Shown here piece by piece: positions 9,930 through 18,952 of a stretch of 64,000 nt of DNA (its first letter is position 1; every line of letters starts with the position of its first letter). The stretch lies in NCBI GenBank assembly GCA_043801745.1, contig JAZDLR010000016.1, positions 70,331 to 134,330 of the forward strand. The letters run 5' to 3'. The notes beneath the pieces were generated by a model. The model worked only from the letters and a program-made list of their open reading frames with translations. It had not been told where the DNA came from and ran no database searches. The stretch is from Candidatus Komeilibacteria bacterium (GTDB taxonomy: Bacteria; Patescibacteriota; Patescibacteriia; UBA1558; 2-01-FULL-52-15). The position numbers and the translations under genes were made by a program.

Positions 9930-11215
9930 TGAATATTCAAGAAAAAAAGCTGGACCACGGTCAGCTGCAACTTACTATTGAGTTAGCAGTTGATGAGTTG
10001 GTGCCATATATTGAGCGGGCCGCCAGCAGGCTGGCTCAAACAACGGCCATCGCGGGATTCCGTCCGGGTAAGGCTCCTCTGGAATTAGTCAAGTCGCATT
10101 TAGGCGAGATGAAGATCTGGCAGGAGGCCGCTCAATTGGCTGTTCCCAAAACTCTGCATCAGGCGATTCAGGAAAAGCATCTAATTACTGTGGGTCAGCC
10201 GGATGTAACATTAGAAAAATTAGCTCCCAATAACCCCCTGGTTTTTACCGCCACCATGGCTTTGATGCCCGAAGTGACCCTGGGTAAATGGCAAGCACTG
10301 AAAATGCCTCTGGATGAAGTTACAGTCAGTAGTGAAGAGGTAGATAAAGTGGTCAATGATTTTGCTTCCTGGCAGGCGACAGAAACTATTGCTGACCGGC
10401 CAGCGCAGCTGAAGGATAAAGTTGAGGTTGATTTCGAAGTATTAGTTGACGGTGTAGTAATTGAGGGCGGCAAAGCTATAAAGTACCCGATGATTTTAGG
10501 TTCTAGCAGTATGATCCCGGGCATGGAAGAACAAATAATTGGGCTTAAGGCTGGTGAGGAAAAAGAATTTGATCTGACTTTTCCCCAAGAATATTTTCAG
10601 GCCTCCTTGGCCGGCAAACAAGCTCGCTTCCAAGTGAAAGTAGTTACTGTAATGCAGCGCAATCTACCTATCATCAATGATGACTGGGCGCAGAAATTAG
10701 TTCATAAAACATTATTGGAATGGCGGCAGGAATTGCGCGCCAGTATTATGGCTGATAAGCAAGCCGAGAAGGCGCGTGAGTGGGAAAACAGTATCATGGA
10801 ACAGATTATTGGCGTCAGTACTTTCGGCGAAATACCGAAGACACTGCTGGCTAATGAAATTTCTAAAATGTTGCACGAGCTGCAGCATAGTGTGGAGCAG
10901 CGCCGGATGAAGTGGGCTGATTATTTACAGGGTATGAAGAAAACTGAAGAGCAGTTGAAACAAGAGTTCGAACCTACAGCCACGAACCGCGTGAAAGCCG
11001 CTTTGATTATGCGGCAAATTGCCAAGGATTCGGCCATGACTATAACCCTAGAAGAGTTGGAGCAGGATCTGGCCGCCCAGGAACAGCAGTATCAGGGTAA
11101 TGAGCAGGCCTTAGAAGTGGTGCATAGTCCGGAATACAAAGAGTATATGGAAAACGTTTTGATTAACCGCAAGGTAATGCAGTTGATTCGAGAAACCATT
11201 AATACCGAGAAATAA
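9929..11215 (+). CDS. tig: trigger factor
   Basis: GFRPGKAPLELVK motif and 428-aa domain order typical of Tig. ATG overlaps the hppA stop. Confidence 0.85.
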   Translation: MNIQEKKLDHGQLQLTIELAVDELVPYIERAASRLAQTTAIAGFRPGKAPLELVKSHLGEMKIWQEAAQLAVPKTLHQAIQEKHLITVGQPDVTLEKLAPNNPLVFTATMALMPEVTLGKWQALKMPLDEVTVSSEEVDKVVNDFASWQATETIADRPAQLKDKVEVDFEVLVDGVVIEGGKAIKYPMILGSSSMIPGMEEQIIGLKAGEEKEFDLTFPQEYFQASLAGKQARFQVKVVTVMQRNLPIINDDWAQKLVHKTLLEWRQELRASIMADKQAEKAREWENSIMEQIIGVSTFGEIPKTLLANEISKMLHELQHSVEQRRMKWADYLQGMKKTEEQLKQEFEPTATNRVKAALIMRQIAKDSAMTITLEELEQDLAAQEQQYQGNEQALEVVHSPEYKEYMENVLINRKVMQLIRETINTEK

Positions 11216-11232
11216 TTATTTATTATAGTAGA

Positions 11233-11283
11233 AAACCCACCCCTCTCATTGACGCCAGGCGTCTTGATCGGGGTGGGTTTTAG
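11233..11283. terminator. bidirectional intrinsic terminator (AAACCCACCCC...GGGGTGGGTTTT)
   Basis: 11-bp GC-rich stem flanked by A-run and T-run, between convergent tig (+) and the 11319-11642 (-) gene. Confidence 0.6.
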
Positions 11284-11318
11284 TTCGGGGAACGAATGGT
11301 TGAGTCGAGGTAGTGGTC

Positions 11319-11642
11319 TTAATTCACCTTCTCGCCCTCTCCCGACAGTAGGTGTAGCGTATCGCGGTAGAACTCCGCGGCGTCCATAACCTGAATCGGA
11401 TCGAAACTCAGAGAGAGACCCCCCGAATCATCATCAAATTCCAGTTGCGGCGAAGAGGCCAACTGGAGATTCTTGCCATCGGTGCGTTTGATGGCCTGTT
11501 CTAACCATAGCCGCAGAAACACCAGGAAGTCATACTCCACTTCGTTAAGTGGCGAAAGTGATGGTGCCACTTCGGGCCGCTGCGGACTATCAATAGCCTT
11601 GGCTGTCATTGCGCTGAGAACAACTGTGCTTCTTTTGGCCAT
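11319..11642 (-). CDS. hypothetical protein (GC-rich islet)
   Basis: ATG at 11642 with GGAGGA RBS 5 nt upstream. The listed ORF starts at an upstream TTG. No recognisable motif. Confidence 0.5.
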   Translation of the reverse strand: MAKRSTVVLSAMTAKAIDSPQRPEVAPSLSPLNEVEYDFLVFLRLWLEQAIKRTDGKNLQLASSPQLEFDDDSGGLSLSFDPIQVMDAAEFYRDTLHLLSGEGEKVN

Positions 11643-11708
11643 TGATCCTCCGGGATTAAGGTACGTTACAATGGACAAAGCTTAAAGTATTGATGATTTA
11701 TTGGCAAG

Positions 11709-11737
11709 CCCCGTTAGAAAGAATGTTTCTAACGGGG
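11709..11737. promoter_or_regulatory. palindrome CCCCGTTAGAA-AGAATGT-TTCTAACGGGG upstream of nfo, plus a half-site TTCTAACAGGG at 11759-11769
   Basis: Perfect 11-bp arms seen directly. Confidence 0.55.
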
Positions 11738-11798
11738 CAAGTCCCGCTAAAATGAACCTTCTAACAGGGTAAGAGCGGGTGTGTTACAATATCCCTAT

Positions 11799-12656
11799 AT
11801 GTATTTCGGTTTTCACGCTTCAGCCGCCGGCGGAGTAGATAAGGCGCCGGCCCGGGCCGCTTCCGAAGGAGCGGAGGTTTTTCAGTTTTTCTCCCGCTCA
11901 CCGCGCGGAGGCAGCGCACCGGCATTGACCTTGGCCCTAATAAATAATTGGCAGGCTGAATTAAAAAAAAATAAAATCCGGGGCACTTATATTCACAGCC
12001 CATATTATATTAATTTTGCTTCAGATAATAATCGTATCCGTTATGGCTCAATCAGTGTGATTAGAGACGAATTGGAGCGGGGTAGTACCCTGGGAGTTAA
12101 GGGTTTAATGACGCATCTCGGCAGCGCGAAAAATGTGGGCGAGAAAAAGGGCACCCAGATGGTGATTGAGGGTCTGGTTAAAGTTTTAACCGGTTATAAG
12201 GGAACTACCAAATTTTTGTTAGAAAACAGCGCCGGCTCCGGCGCTATAATCGGTGATACTATTGATGAATTGGCCGTGATTATTAAACAAGTTGAAAAGA
12301 AATTAAAGAAAAAGAATACATTGGGTGTCTGTTGGGATACGCAACACGGCTTTGCTTCGGGTTATGATCTGCGCACGAAGAAAGCCACTGATTTCTGGCT
12401 AAAGGAATTTAATAAAAAAATTGGCCTGAAGCGTCTGATGTTAATTCACGCCAATGACTCTAAGCCGGAATTAGGCAGCCACGTGGACCGTCATGCGGAT
12501 ATTGGCCAGGGGAAGATTGGATTGGAGGCGTTTAAAATTTTAATTCATCAACCGAAACTTCGTATAGTTGATTTGATTTTAGAAACTCCGGCGGAAACTA
12601 AGACCTACGCTCAAACTATTAAACAATTTAAACAATTTCGTGATGACTCAAAATAA
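11799..12656 (+). CDS. nfo: endonuclease IV (AP endonuclease family 2)
   Basis: HASAAGG...IHSPYYINFAS...HLGS...HANDSK and TIM-barrel pattern of Nfo. ATG 11799 sits ~9 nt after a TACAAT -10 box (possibly leaderless). An alternative GTG lies at 11781. Confidence 0.8.
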   Translation: MYFGFHASAAGGVDKAPARAASEGAEVFQFFSRSPRGGSAPALTLALINNWQAELKKNKIRGTYIHSPYYINFASDNNRIRYGSISVIRDELERGSTLGVKGLMTHLGSAKNVGEKKGTQMVIEGLVKVLTGYKGTTKFLLENSAGSGAIIGDTIDELAVIIKQVEKKLKKKNTLGVCWDTQHGFASGYDLRTKKATDFWLKEFNKKIGLKRLMLIHANDSKPELGSHVDRHADIGQGKIGLEAFKILIHQPKLRIVDLILETPAETKTYAQTIKQFKQFRDDSK

Positions 12657-13425
12657 ATTTGTTGCAGTTGCTAAACGAGCAGTATTAGCTGGTGGCAAGG
12701 TTGCTTTGGCTGGTTTTCAAAAATTGGATCGTTCGCAAGTGGCCATAAAGAAACGGGATCAAGAATTAGTTACTAAATATGATATAGCGGCCGAACGGGT
12801 AATTCGGCGGGTGATTTTGCAATCATTCCCCGGCGCCTACATTTTAGGTGAGGAAAAGGGCAGAAGCGGCAAAAAGAGTCCCTATCAGTGGGCTATTGAT
12901 CCGATTGACGGCACGACTAATTTTACTATTCACAGCCCCGAATTCGGAGTTTCGGTTGGCGTTTTATATAATGGTCAGTCAATTGCTGGCGCGATTTATA
13001 TCCCCGTTACTAAGGAACTTTTTTGGGCCAGTAAGGGTCGGGGAGCATATTTAGGAGGCAGAAAGATTAAGGTATCCGGGGTTGATTCTTTTGACCGAGC
13101 GGTAATAGATTTTGAATTTAGTCATGAGAAAAATTATAGTGTGCAGATCCTTCCCTGGTTTGAAAAATTAACTGCCCGGGGAATAAAATTGCGGCACTTT
13201 GGTTGCGACACTTTAAGCCTGTCTTATTTGGCTTGCGGCCGGATAGACGCTACGATTATGTCAGCCGCTAAACCGTGGGATGTCGCTGCTGGGCAGTTAA
13301 TCGCGACCGAAGCCGGCGCCAAATTCACCGATATTAATGGGCGACCGGTGACGGATCTGTCTTGTCCTATGATTGCCGGTAACGTTAAAATCCATAAATT
13401 ATTGTTGGGCAGTTTAAAAAGATGA
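12640..13425 (+). CDS. suhB: inositol monophosphatase family protein (SuhB-like)
   Basis: WAIDPIDGTTNF and WDVAAG motifs of the IMPase/SuhB family. Confidence 0.8.
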   Translation: MMTQNKFVAVAKRAVLAGGKVALAGFQKLDRSQVAIKKRDQELVTKYDIAAERVIRRVILQSFPGAYILGEEKGRSGKKSPYQWAIDPIDGTTNFTIHSPEFGVSVGVLYNGQSIAGAIYIPVTKELFWASKGRGAYLGGRKIKVSGVDSFDRAVIDFEFSHEKNYSVQILPWFEKLTARGIKLRHFGCDTLSLSYLACGRIDATIMSAAKPWDVAAGQLIATEAGAKFTDINGRPVTDLSCPMIAGNVKIHKLLLGSLKR

Positions 13426-13664
13426 TTGTGGCTGTTAAAGTAATACCCCGAAGCAGACAGGCCGGTTGTGCCTGGCGGGAGAACACGTTAATTATTAAAG
13501 TCACTAAACCGGCCAGTGAAGGCCAGGCAACCGAAGCAGCCCGGCGCGCCCTAGCCAAGATCTTATCGTTGCCCGTGAATTCTGTTATACTAGTTTCGGG
13601 TGTAAAAAGCCGTAATAAATTATTTTCGCTACCTGATGATGTCGGGTGGCCACCACAATTATGA
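13422..13664 (+). CDS. yggU: DUF167/YggU-family protein
   Basis: 80 aa. VKVIPRS...IKVTKPASEGQATEAARRALAK...VSGVKSRNK matches the YggU (UPF0235) pattern. Start overlaps the suhB stop. Confidence 0.75.
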   Translation: MIVAVKVIPRSRQAGCAWRENTLIIKVTKPASEGQATEAARRALAKILSLPVNSVILVSGVKSRNKLFSLPDDVGWPPQL

Positions 13665-13798
13665 ATCTTTCCAGCCGCTTCCTTGTCATGCTCAACGTCC
13701 TGTTCTTTTTTGTTATTGTCGGCATTGTGATATATTTTCAAGCCAGAAGTTATGAAGATCATGTGAATATGGCGATTCAAACAATGCAGAATAGTTGA
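13661..13798 (+). CDS. possible 45-aa single-TM micro-protein
   Basis: ATGA overlap with the yggU stop. MNLSSRFLVMLNVLFFFVIVGIVIYFQ... Not in the ORF track (below 60 aa). Speculative. Confidence 0.3.
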   Translation: MNLSSRFLVMLNVLFFFVIVGIVIYFQARSYEDHVNMAIQTMQNS

Positions 13799-13932
13799 AG
13801 AATAGGAGGTAGAAGTTTGAAGTAAGAAGTTGGGAAAATAAAAAAAGACGATCAGAGGATCAGTTTTTTTGTTTTCTGGAACCCTTGATTTTTTTAGAAA
13901 TGATGTTATTATAGGCCTTGATCGATAATTCT

Positions 13933-13983
13933 GCGAGAGTAGTTTCGGCCAAAGGCCGATCCGCCTGTGGCGGACAGTGGTAG
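13933..13983 (+). pseudogene. tRNA-Gly 5' fragment (GCGAGAGTAGTT...CAGTGGTAG) interrupted by a 30-nt twin-hairpin insert
   Basis: Matches positions 1-12 and 14-22 of the intact tRNA-Gly 90 nt downstream. The twin-hairpin element is inserted in the D-loop. Confidence 0.5.
13943..13973 (+). repeat. twin-hairpin GC-rich repeat, copy A (TTTCGGCCAAAGGCCGATCCGCCTGTGGCGG)
   Basis: Two consecutive short palindromes. Related copies occur at 51697-51727 and 61389-61420. Confidence 0.6.
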
Positions 13984-14022
13984 GCCAGGTTGAATGGATG
14001 GTAGTAAAATATATTTTTTTAC

Positions 14023-14097
<75 letters not shown>

Positions 14098-14350
14098 CCC
14101 TACGTTCAGCGAAGCTGAACTTCGGGTGGCCTTTGGCCACACGAATCGCCGTAGGCGAAGTAGGGTAGTCGCGCGTAGCCTTGGCGTAGTGTGACAGTGT
14201 TAAATAATTACCTCATGGGAGGTCTTATTTGTATCTAGGCAATAATTGGATTTCAGACTACAATTATTCCGCGCCTCTTTTTTAAAGACGAAAAGGGCAT
14301 ACACAAATAAATATCTTGCTTTTGCGTCTACCATATGATAAGATTAAATT

Positions 14351-14824
14351 ATGCGCCAACGGACCTGGACCATCAATCAATTAAAAAAAGCTGTTAAAGT
14401 ATCTTTTAGTTATAGACAGGTTTTGAATAGGTTGGGGTTGCGTGAGGCTGGCGGCAACTATGACCAGTTGAAAAAATATATTGAAGAGTATAAGCTATCA
14501 ACGAAGCATTTTAAGGGCCGTGGGTGGAATAGAGGAATGCGGGGAATTGGTATAGTAAGGATCCCATTAAAAAAGATTTTAGTAAAAAATAGCACCTTTC
14601 AGAGTTATAAATTAAAAAAACGTTTATTTGCCGTTAAACTCAAACCGCAGTACTGTGAACTGTGCCATTGGGCCGAGAAAACCAAAGATGGATATTTACC
14701 ACTAGAATTGGACCATATTAATGGTGATCGTCATGATAATCGCTTGAAAAATTTAAGAATACTTTGCCCCAACTGTCATAGTCTACAACCAACACATCGA
14801 AGTAGAAAGAGACAACGAAGATAA
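14351..14824 (+). CDS. HNH endonuclease (homing-endonuclease-like)
   Basis: CELCHWAEK...LELDHINGDRHDNRLKNLRILCPNCHS is an HNH/His-Me finger with a zinc-binding Cys pair. The stop codon abuts the first base of tRNA-Leu(TAA). Confidence 0.8.
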   Translation: MRQRTWTINQLKKAVKVSFSYRQVLNRLGLREAGGNYDQLKKYIEEYKLSTKHFKGRGWNRGMRGIGIVRIPLKKILVKNSTFQSYKLKKRLFAVKLKPQYCELCHWAEKTKDGYLPLELDHINGDRHDNRLKNLRILCPNCHSLQPTHRSRKRQRR

Positions 14825-14909
14825 GCCGAGGTGGCGAAATTGGTATACGCACAGCACTTAAAATGCTGCGGAGCAATCCTTGCGGGTTCGAGTCCCGCCC
14901 TCGGCACCA
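14825..14909 (+). tRNA. tRNA-Leu (TAA)
   Basis: Anticodon loop CTTAAAA. Long variable arm. T-arm GCGGGTTCGAGTCCCGC. Encoded CCA. Confidence 0.9.
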
Positions 14910-14923
14910 CTGAATATAATAAT

Positions 14924-15445
14924 ATGAGCCTTATAACCCAGGACGATGAATTATTAGACCTTGTCGATGAAAACGACAAGGTTATTGGTTGCCAGAAACG
15001 TTCAGAGATATATGCGCAGGGTATTTCGAACTTTCGAGTAGTCAACGCTTTTTTGGTTAATTCAAATAATGAATTGTGGATACCGCGGCGTTCGGCTGAT
15101 AAAAGGATTTATCCGCTCTGTTTAGATATGAGCATGGGTGGTCACGTAGCCAGCGGAGAGACCTATGAACAAGCGTTCAAACGTGAAACCCAAGAAGAGC
15201 TAAATATTGATATCGAAAAAGCCGATGTGCGTTTACTTGGGCATCTGACGCCGGTGAAAGATGACGTGTCAGCGCATATGAATGTTTATGAAATAAAGAG
15301 TGATCAGGTACCTAATTATAATAATAATGATTTCACGGAATATTATTGGTTAACCTCAGACGCACTATTGCTTAAAATTACCGCCGGTGATAATGCAAAA
15401 AGTGATTTAGCTAAACTAGTTAAAATTTTTTACAATAACAAATAA
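14924..15445 (+). CDS. NUDIX hydrolase
   Basis: Nudix box GGHVASGETYEQAFKRETQEELNI (GX5EX7REUXEEXGU). The listed ORF start (14831) lies inside tRNA-Leu, so the internal ATG 14924 is used. Confidence 0.8.
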   Translation: MSLITQDDELLDLVDENDKVIGCQKRSEIYAQGISNFRVVNAFLVNSNNELWIPRRSADKRIYPLCLDMSMGGHVASGETYEQAFKRETQEELNIDIEKADVRLLGHLTPVKDDVSAHMNVYEIKSDQVPNYNNNDFTEYYWLTSDALLLKITAGDNAKSDLAKLVKIFYNNK

Positions 15446-15469
15446 TTATTTAGTAATATTGACGGCGGC

Positions 15470-15719
15470 ATTACTATTAAAGGAGCAGCTTGCGCTGTTT
15501 TTTATTATCCATTACACTGGTTTCATGCGCTGGGCTCCGGCAACATGTGGAGCTTATGCTACGCCGAGTTGTAGCGCGCATCTTTGCCTAGGGAAGAATA
15601 AGGCGGCCGCGTATCATGGATACACACAAACTGGTAACGGGCCGACCCCCGTAATTCTTTCCACAGCGGGATTCTTCCCAACCTCACGTTGTCTCGGCTC
15701 GCGTGAGGTTATTTTATTT
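15470..15719 (+). ncRNA. candidate ~250-nt RNA ending in an intrinsic terminator (CCTCACG...CGTGAGG + T-run at 15682-15719)
   Basis: No convincing ORF (the 93-aa ORF 15459 is low-complexity). Clear hairpin + TTATTTTATTT. Identity unknown. Confidence 0.3.
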
Positions 15720-15731
15720 CTAATGGGATTG

Positions 15732-15763
15732 ACCCTGTAAGATAATATGATATCTAACAGGGT
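15732..15763. promoter_or_regulatory. palindrome ACCCTGTAAGATA-N-TATCTAACAGGGT (variant of the CCCCGTTAGAA motif) immediately 5' of a TTGACA -35 box
   Basis: Inverted repeat seen directly. TTGACA at 15764-15769, upstream of the gam-like gene. Confidence 0.5.
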
Positions 15764-15847
15764 TGACAAATCATGGGTATCTTATTAAGGTGCCGATATT
15801 ACCTGTTCGTTTCGTTTTTTTAACAATCTAACCAAAGGAGCTGGACC

Positions 15848-16405
15848 GTGGCGAAAAAGAAAGTGGTCAAACAGCCGAAAGATCTGACCGAATTTCGTTT
15901 GGATATGGAAAGGATCGGTGAGTTGGAGCGCCAGATTGAAGGCGCGCAGTTGAATGCCGAGGATCAGATGGCGGCTATTCGCGCAAGCTTGCAACACAGA
16001 CTTGATCCTCGGGTAAAAGAACTGTCGGATCTGCTCGGCGGCTTGGTTGCCTTTGCGGAAGCTAACAAAGTCGCTCTGACTGATGCCGGCAAGTTGCGGA
16101 CCATTCAGCTCGGCGACGACAACTGGTTTGGTTGGCGCCTGTCTCCGCCCGGGGTGGAAATCCGCGGAGAAAAGGCGGTAATCAAGCGGCTTCAAGAAGC
16201 CGGGCTTGATCGTTTCATTCGTCAGACTCCGAAGATTGACCGCGAGGCCATGCTCAAGGATCGGGCAGCTGCCACGGCTGTTGTCGGAGTCAAGATCGTG
16301 CAGCGTGATGACTTGGTGATTCATCCGGCCAACCTGAATGCGGACGTGATTCCCGGACGTGGCAGTAGCTACCGCGTGGAGGGTCGGAAGAAACCGGCCA
16401 GCTGA
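15848..16405 (+). CDS. gam: bacteriophage Mu Gam-like protein (DNA-end-binding, host nuclease inhibitor family)
   Basis: ERIGELERQ...FAEANKVALTDAGKLRTIQLGDDNWFGWRLSPPGVEIRGEKAVIKRLQEAGLDRFIRQTPKIDREAML... aligns by eye with Mu Gam as recalled from memory (IGDLQRE...WCEANRDELTNGGKVKT...VSWRVRPPSVSIRG...LGLQRFIRTKQEINKEAIL). GTG start after AAAGGAG. GC-rich. Confidence 0.8.
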   Translation: MAKKKVVKQPKDLTEFRLDMERIGELERQIEGAQLNAEDQMAAIRASLQHRLDPRVKELSDLLGGLVAFAEANKVALTDAGKLRTIQLGDDNWFGWRLSPPGVEIRGEKAVIKRLQEAGLDRFIRQTPKIDREAMLKDRAAATAVVGVKIVQRDDLVIHPANLNADVIPGRGSSYRVEGRKKPAS

Positions 16406-16422
16406 ACCAAGGAGGTTGTCCG

Positions 16423-16608
16423 ATGATACTTAGGGGCATGGTGGTTCTCTTCGTTCTGGTCGTGGGTGCCTTGCTGGGCGCGATTGCTGACTCGGCCCTG
16501 CACATCAGCTGGGAGCATTGTTCTTTCAAGGCCCAGATGACACACAAGTTGATGTATACACTGTGGGGTGCGATCATTGTGCTGATCGCCGGCCTGGTTA
16601 AGGTATAG
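16423..16608 (+). CDS. small two-TM membrane protein (holin-like size)
   Basis: 61 aa with two hydrophobic helices. RBS AAGGAGG before the ATG. Followed by the terminator at 16628-16667. Confidence 0.45.
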   Translation: MILRGMVVLFVLVVGALLGAIADSALHISWEHCSFKAQMTHKLMYTLWGAIIVLIAGLVKV

Positions 16609-16627
16609 ATTGAGAGCATGATGTTTC

Positions 16628-16667
16628 CACCGCTCCGGCGACTCGTCGGGGCGGTGCTTTATTTTTT
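16628..16667 (+). terminator. intrinsic terminator (CACCGCTCCGGCG...CGGGGCGGTG + TTTATTTTTT)
   Basis: Hairpin and T-run seen directly. Confidence 0.6.
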
Positions 16668-16682
16668 GACTACAAAGTTGGG

Positions 16683-17435
16683 GTGCCGTACAATGGCAGT
16701 ATGTCAGTATCAAAGGGACGGATTATAGTTATTATCACAGCTCTGTTTATTTTGGCAGTAATTGTGGTTACCAGCCGGGCGTTATTTTCTACCGGACAGG
16801 TGGTGCCTAATTTTTTTATGGTGCCCAAAGTGTTAATTTCTTCCGCGATTAAACTGGATAAAATTTACAGCGACACCAGTAATAAGTTAACTTGGCGCTA
16901 TCCTAGTGATTGGCTGGTGCAAGATAGTAGTCAGGAAGCCAAGCCAACACCATTTAAAGCGCAACAACTGCTTAGCGTAGATCCTCGGTTACCATTTGTG
17001 GAAATCAGTCATGTGATGATCAGCAGTCAGAACTACCCCTTGGAATGTCAGAACACTGATCCGTCACTGGAAGCTTGCGCCGGCCGATCACTGATAACCG
17101 GGGGCTTTCTGGATTTACATGTGATGTATCACCGTGAAGTCACGATGGCAGATATTATGGCTACAGCGACAACAACTTGGGTCAGTAGTGGTGCCATTAG
17201 TGAGTCGCCAATTAAATTGGCTGGACGCGCCATTTATGAGTGGAACGGTTTAAATTGCGGTCCAAAATGTTATATTTTACGGGCCCTGATTATTCCCCTG
17301 GGAGAGCATACAACTATACAACTATTTGCCAATGTTTACGTTAATGAAAATCTTAATCAGCAAGATTTGGCCAATACTTTGCGGTCTTACCAAGAACAGC
17401 TGGACGCTATCATCGCCAGCCTGACAATACAATGA
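16683..17435 (+). CDS. hypothetical N-terminally anchored exported protein
   Basis: N-terminal TM (IIVIITALFILAVIVV). No known motif. Coupled (ATGA) to capA. Confidence 0.55.
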   Translation: MPYNGSMSVSKGRIIVIITALFILAVIVVTSRALFSTGQVVPNFFMVPKVLISSAIKLDKIYSDTSNKLTWRYPSDWLVQDSSQEAKPTPFKAQQLLSVDPRLPFVEISHVMISSQNYPLECQNTDPSLEACAGRSLITGGFLDLHVMYHREVTMADIMATATTTWVSSGAISESPIKLAGRAIYEWNGLNCGPKCYILRALIIPLGEHTTIQLFANVYVNENLNQQDLANTLRSYQEQLDAIIASLTIQ

Positions 17436-18550
17436 GTACGGCAAAACGCTGGATTATTTGTGGGGGGATATTGGTGGTGTTAATTATTATTAATGTTTTT
17501 TATTTACTTAATATACCGACCAGCCGGAAAGTCAAAGCTCCTGGCAGACAGTTTATGGTGCAGCAGGCTGAAGCGCCCCAGCAACTAGCACAGCCCAAAG
17601 ACGAAACCATTACTCTATTAGCAGTTGGCGATATTATGCTGTCGCGTAATGTGGCCGCGACTCTTAAAAAGGAAAATGATCTGCACTATCCTTTTTCATC
17701 TTTACAGCCGTTAATTTCGCGGGCCGATATTGCTTTTGGTAATTTAGAATCACCGATTACACCCGGTCCGGTGATTCAGACCGGATCCTTTACCTTTCAC
17801 GCTGACCCGGGCATTGAGCAGAGCCTGGCTTGGGCCGGATTTGATGTTTTGTCTTTAGCTAATAATCACTTTCCTAATTACGGTGCTAAAGGAATTGCTG
17901 ATACCAGAAATTTATTAGATCAGGCCGGAATTAGATATACCGGTGCCGGTGCTAATATTGAGCAGGCCTTAACACCGGCCATTAGGGAAGTTTGCGGTAA
18001 AAAGTTCGGCTTTCTGGCTTTTAATGACGGCGATGTAGTACCGACAGCTTATGGCGCAACTAAAAAAAACGCCGGAACAGCTTTAATGAATGTAGATACT
18101 CTGAAACAAGCCGTAACCAGTTTACGGCCGCAAGTTGATTATGTGATTGTGTCTATGCATTCAGGCACGGAATATTCGGCTGTTCCGAATCAGCGGCAAA
18201 TTGATTTTGCTCACGCGGCCATTGATAATGGCGCGGATTTAGTCATTGGCCATCATCCACATGTAGTTCAGAGTATAGAAAAATATCAGGGCAAGTACAT
18301 TTTATATAGTTTGGGTAATTTTATTTTTGATCAGATGTTTTCTACCGAGACACGCCAAGGATTAATGGCCGAAATCAGTTTTGATGATCAGGGTGTTAAT
18401 GATATTGTTCTTTTACCCACACAGATTGAAAATTATAGTCAGCCGCAAATTTTAGATTTAACTAAAGCCGGAGATATTCAAAGAAGATTAAAAATTTCAT
18501 TAGCCACTACGACGCTGGATAACTTTTCTGTTTGGAGAATTGACAAATAA
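17432..18550 (+). CDS. capA: CapA/PgsA-family metallophosphatase-like protein (poly-gamma-glutamate capsule synthesis family)
   Basis: LAVGDIMLSR, GNLES, ANNH, HSGTEY, GHHPHVVQ and YSLGNF motifs of the CapA (YwtB) family. Confidence 0.75.
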   Translation: MSTAKRWIICGGILVVLIIINVFYLLNIPTSRKVKAPGRQFMVQQAEAPQQLAQPKDETITLLAVGDIMLSRNVAATLKKENDLHYPFSSLQPLISRADIAFGNLESPITPGPVIQTGSFTFHADPGIEQSLAWAGFDVLSLANNHFPNYGAKGIADTRNLLDQAGIRYTGAGANIEQALTPAIREVCGKKFGFLAFNDGDVVPTAYGATKKNAGTALMNVDTLKQAVTSLRPQVDYVIVSMHSGTEYSAVPNQRQIDFAHAAIDNGADLVIGHHPHVVQSIEKYQGKYILYSLGNFIFDQMFSTETRQGLMAEISFDDQGVNDIVLLPTQIENYSQPQILDLTKAGDIQRRLKISLATTTLDNFSVWRIDK

Positions 18551-18603
18551 CTACCGTGAGATAAGATGGCGTGTGTGCAGTTCGTTTTTCAGGAGGGAGG
18601 CCT

Positions 18604-18891
18604 ATGAAAACTCGTTATTTTGTAGGGATAAGAAAGGATAGTACAGAACCAGAGGTTTTTCGGGCTACTACTGGAGAGAGCTTGACCGCCGGATATCCTG
18701 CTGAAGGAGAACAGATTGCCCCCAGTTACGCAGTGGGAAGGGTGAAGATACTGGCAATCTTGCCCAAAGAGACCCAGCTGCTCCTTCGCTTTGTAGAAGC
18801 AGTTGACGAGATCATGGGTAACCATGCGTTTAGGGATGGTCTACTTGTACTTCTTCGGGCTATTTCCAGTGCGAGTGCTGGCTCTCTCTAA
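18604..18891 (+). CDS. hypothetical protein (GC-rich islet)
   Basis: ATG after AGGAGGGAGG. Followed by the intrinsic terminator at 18914-18952. Confidence 0.45.
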   Translation: MKTRYFVGIRKDSTEPEVFRATTGESLTAGYPAEGEQIAPSYAVGRVKILAILPKETQLLLRFVEAVDEIMGNHAFRDGLLVLLRAISSASAGSL

Positions 18892-18913
18892 TAGCATCGG
18901 GAGGTCGGAGCGT

Positions 18914-18952
18914 GACCCCATCGAGCACTACTCGGTGGGGTCATTTTTTTTA
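18914..18952 (+). terminator. intrinsic terminator (GACCCCATCGAG...CTCGGTGGGGTC + T9)
   Basis: Hairpin and T-run seen directly. Confidence 0.65.

Noticed and set aside
14825-14909. group I intron in tRNA-Leu(UAA), as in cyanobacteria or plastids
   Set aside because: The tRNA is continuous with an intact anticodon loop. The HNH gene is upstream of it, not inside it.
14776-15045. minus-strand ORF overlapping tRNA-Leu(TAA) and the NUDIX start
   Set aside because: Overlaps a well-formed tRNA and a motif-supported gene on the other strand.
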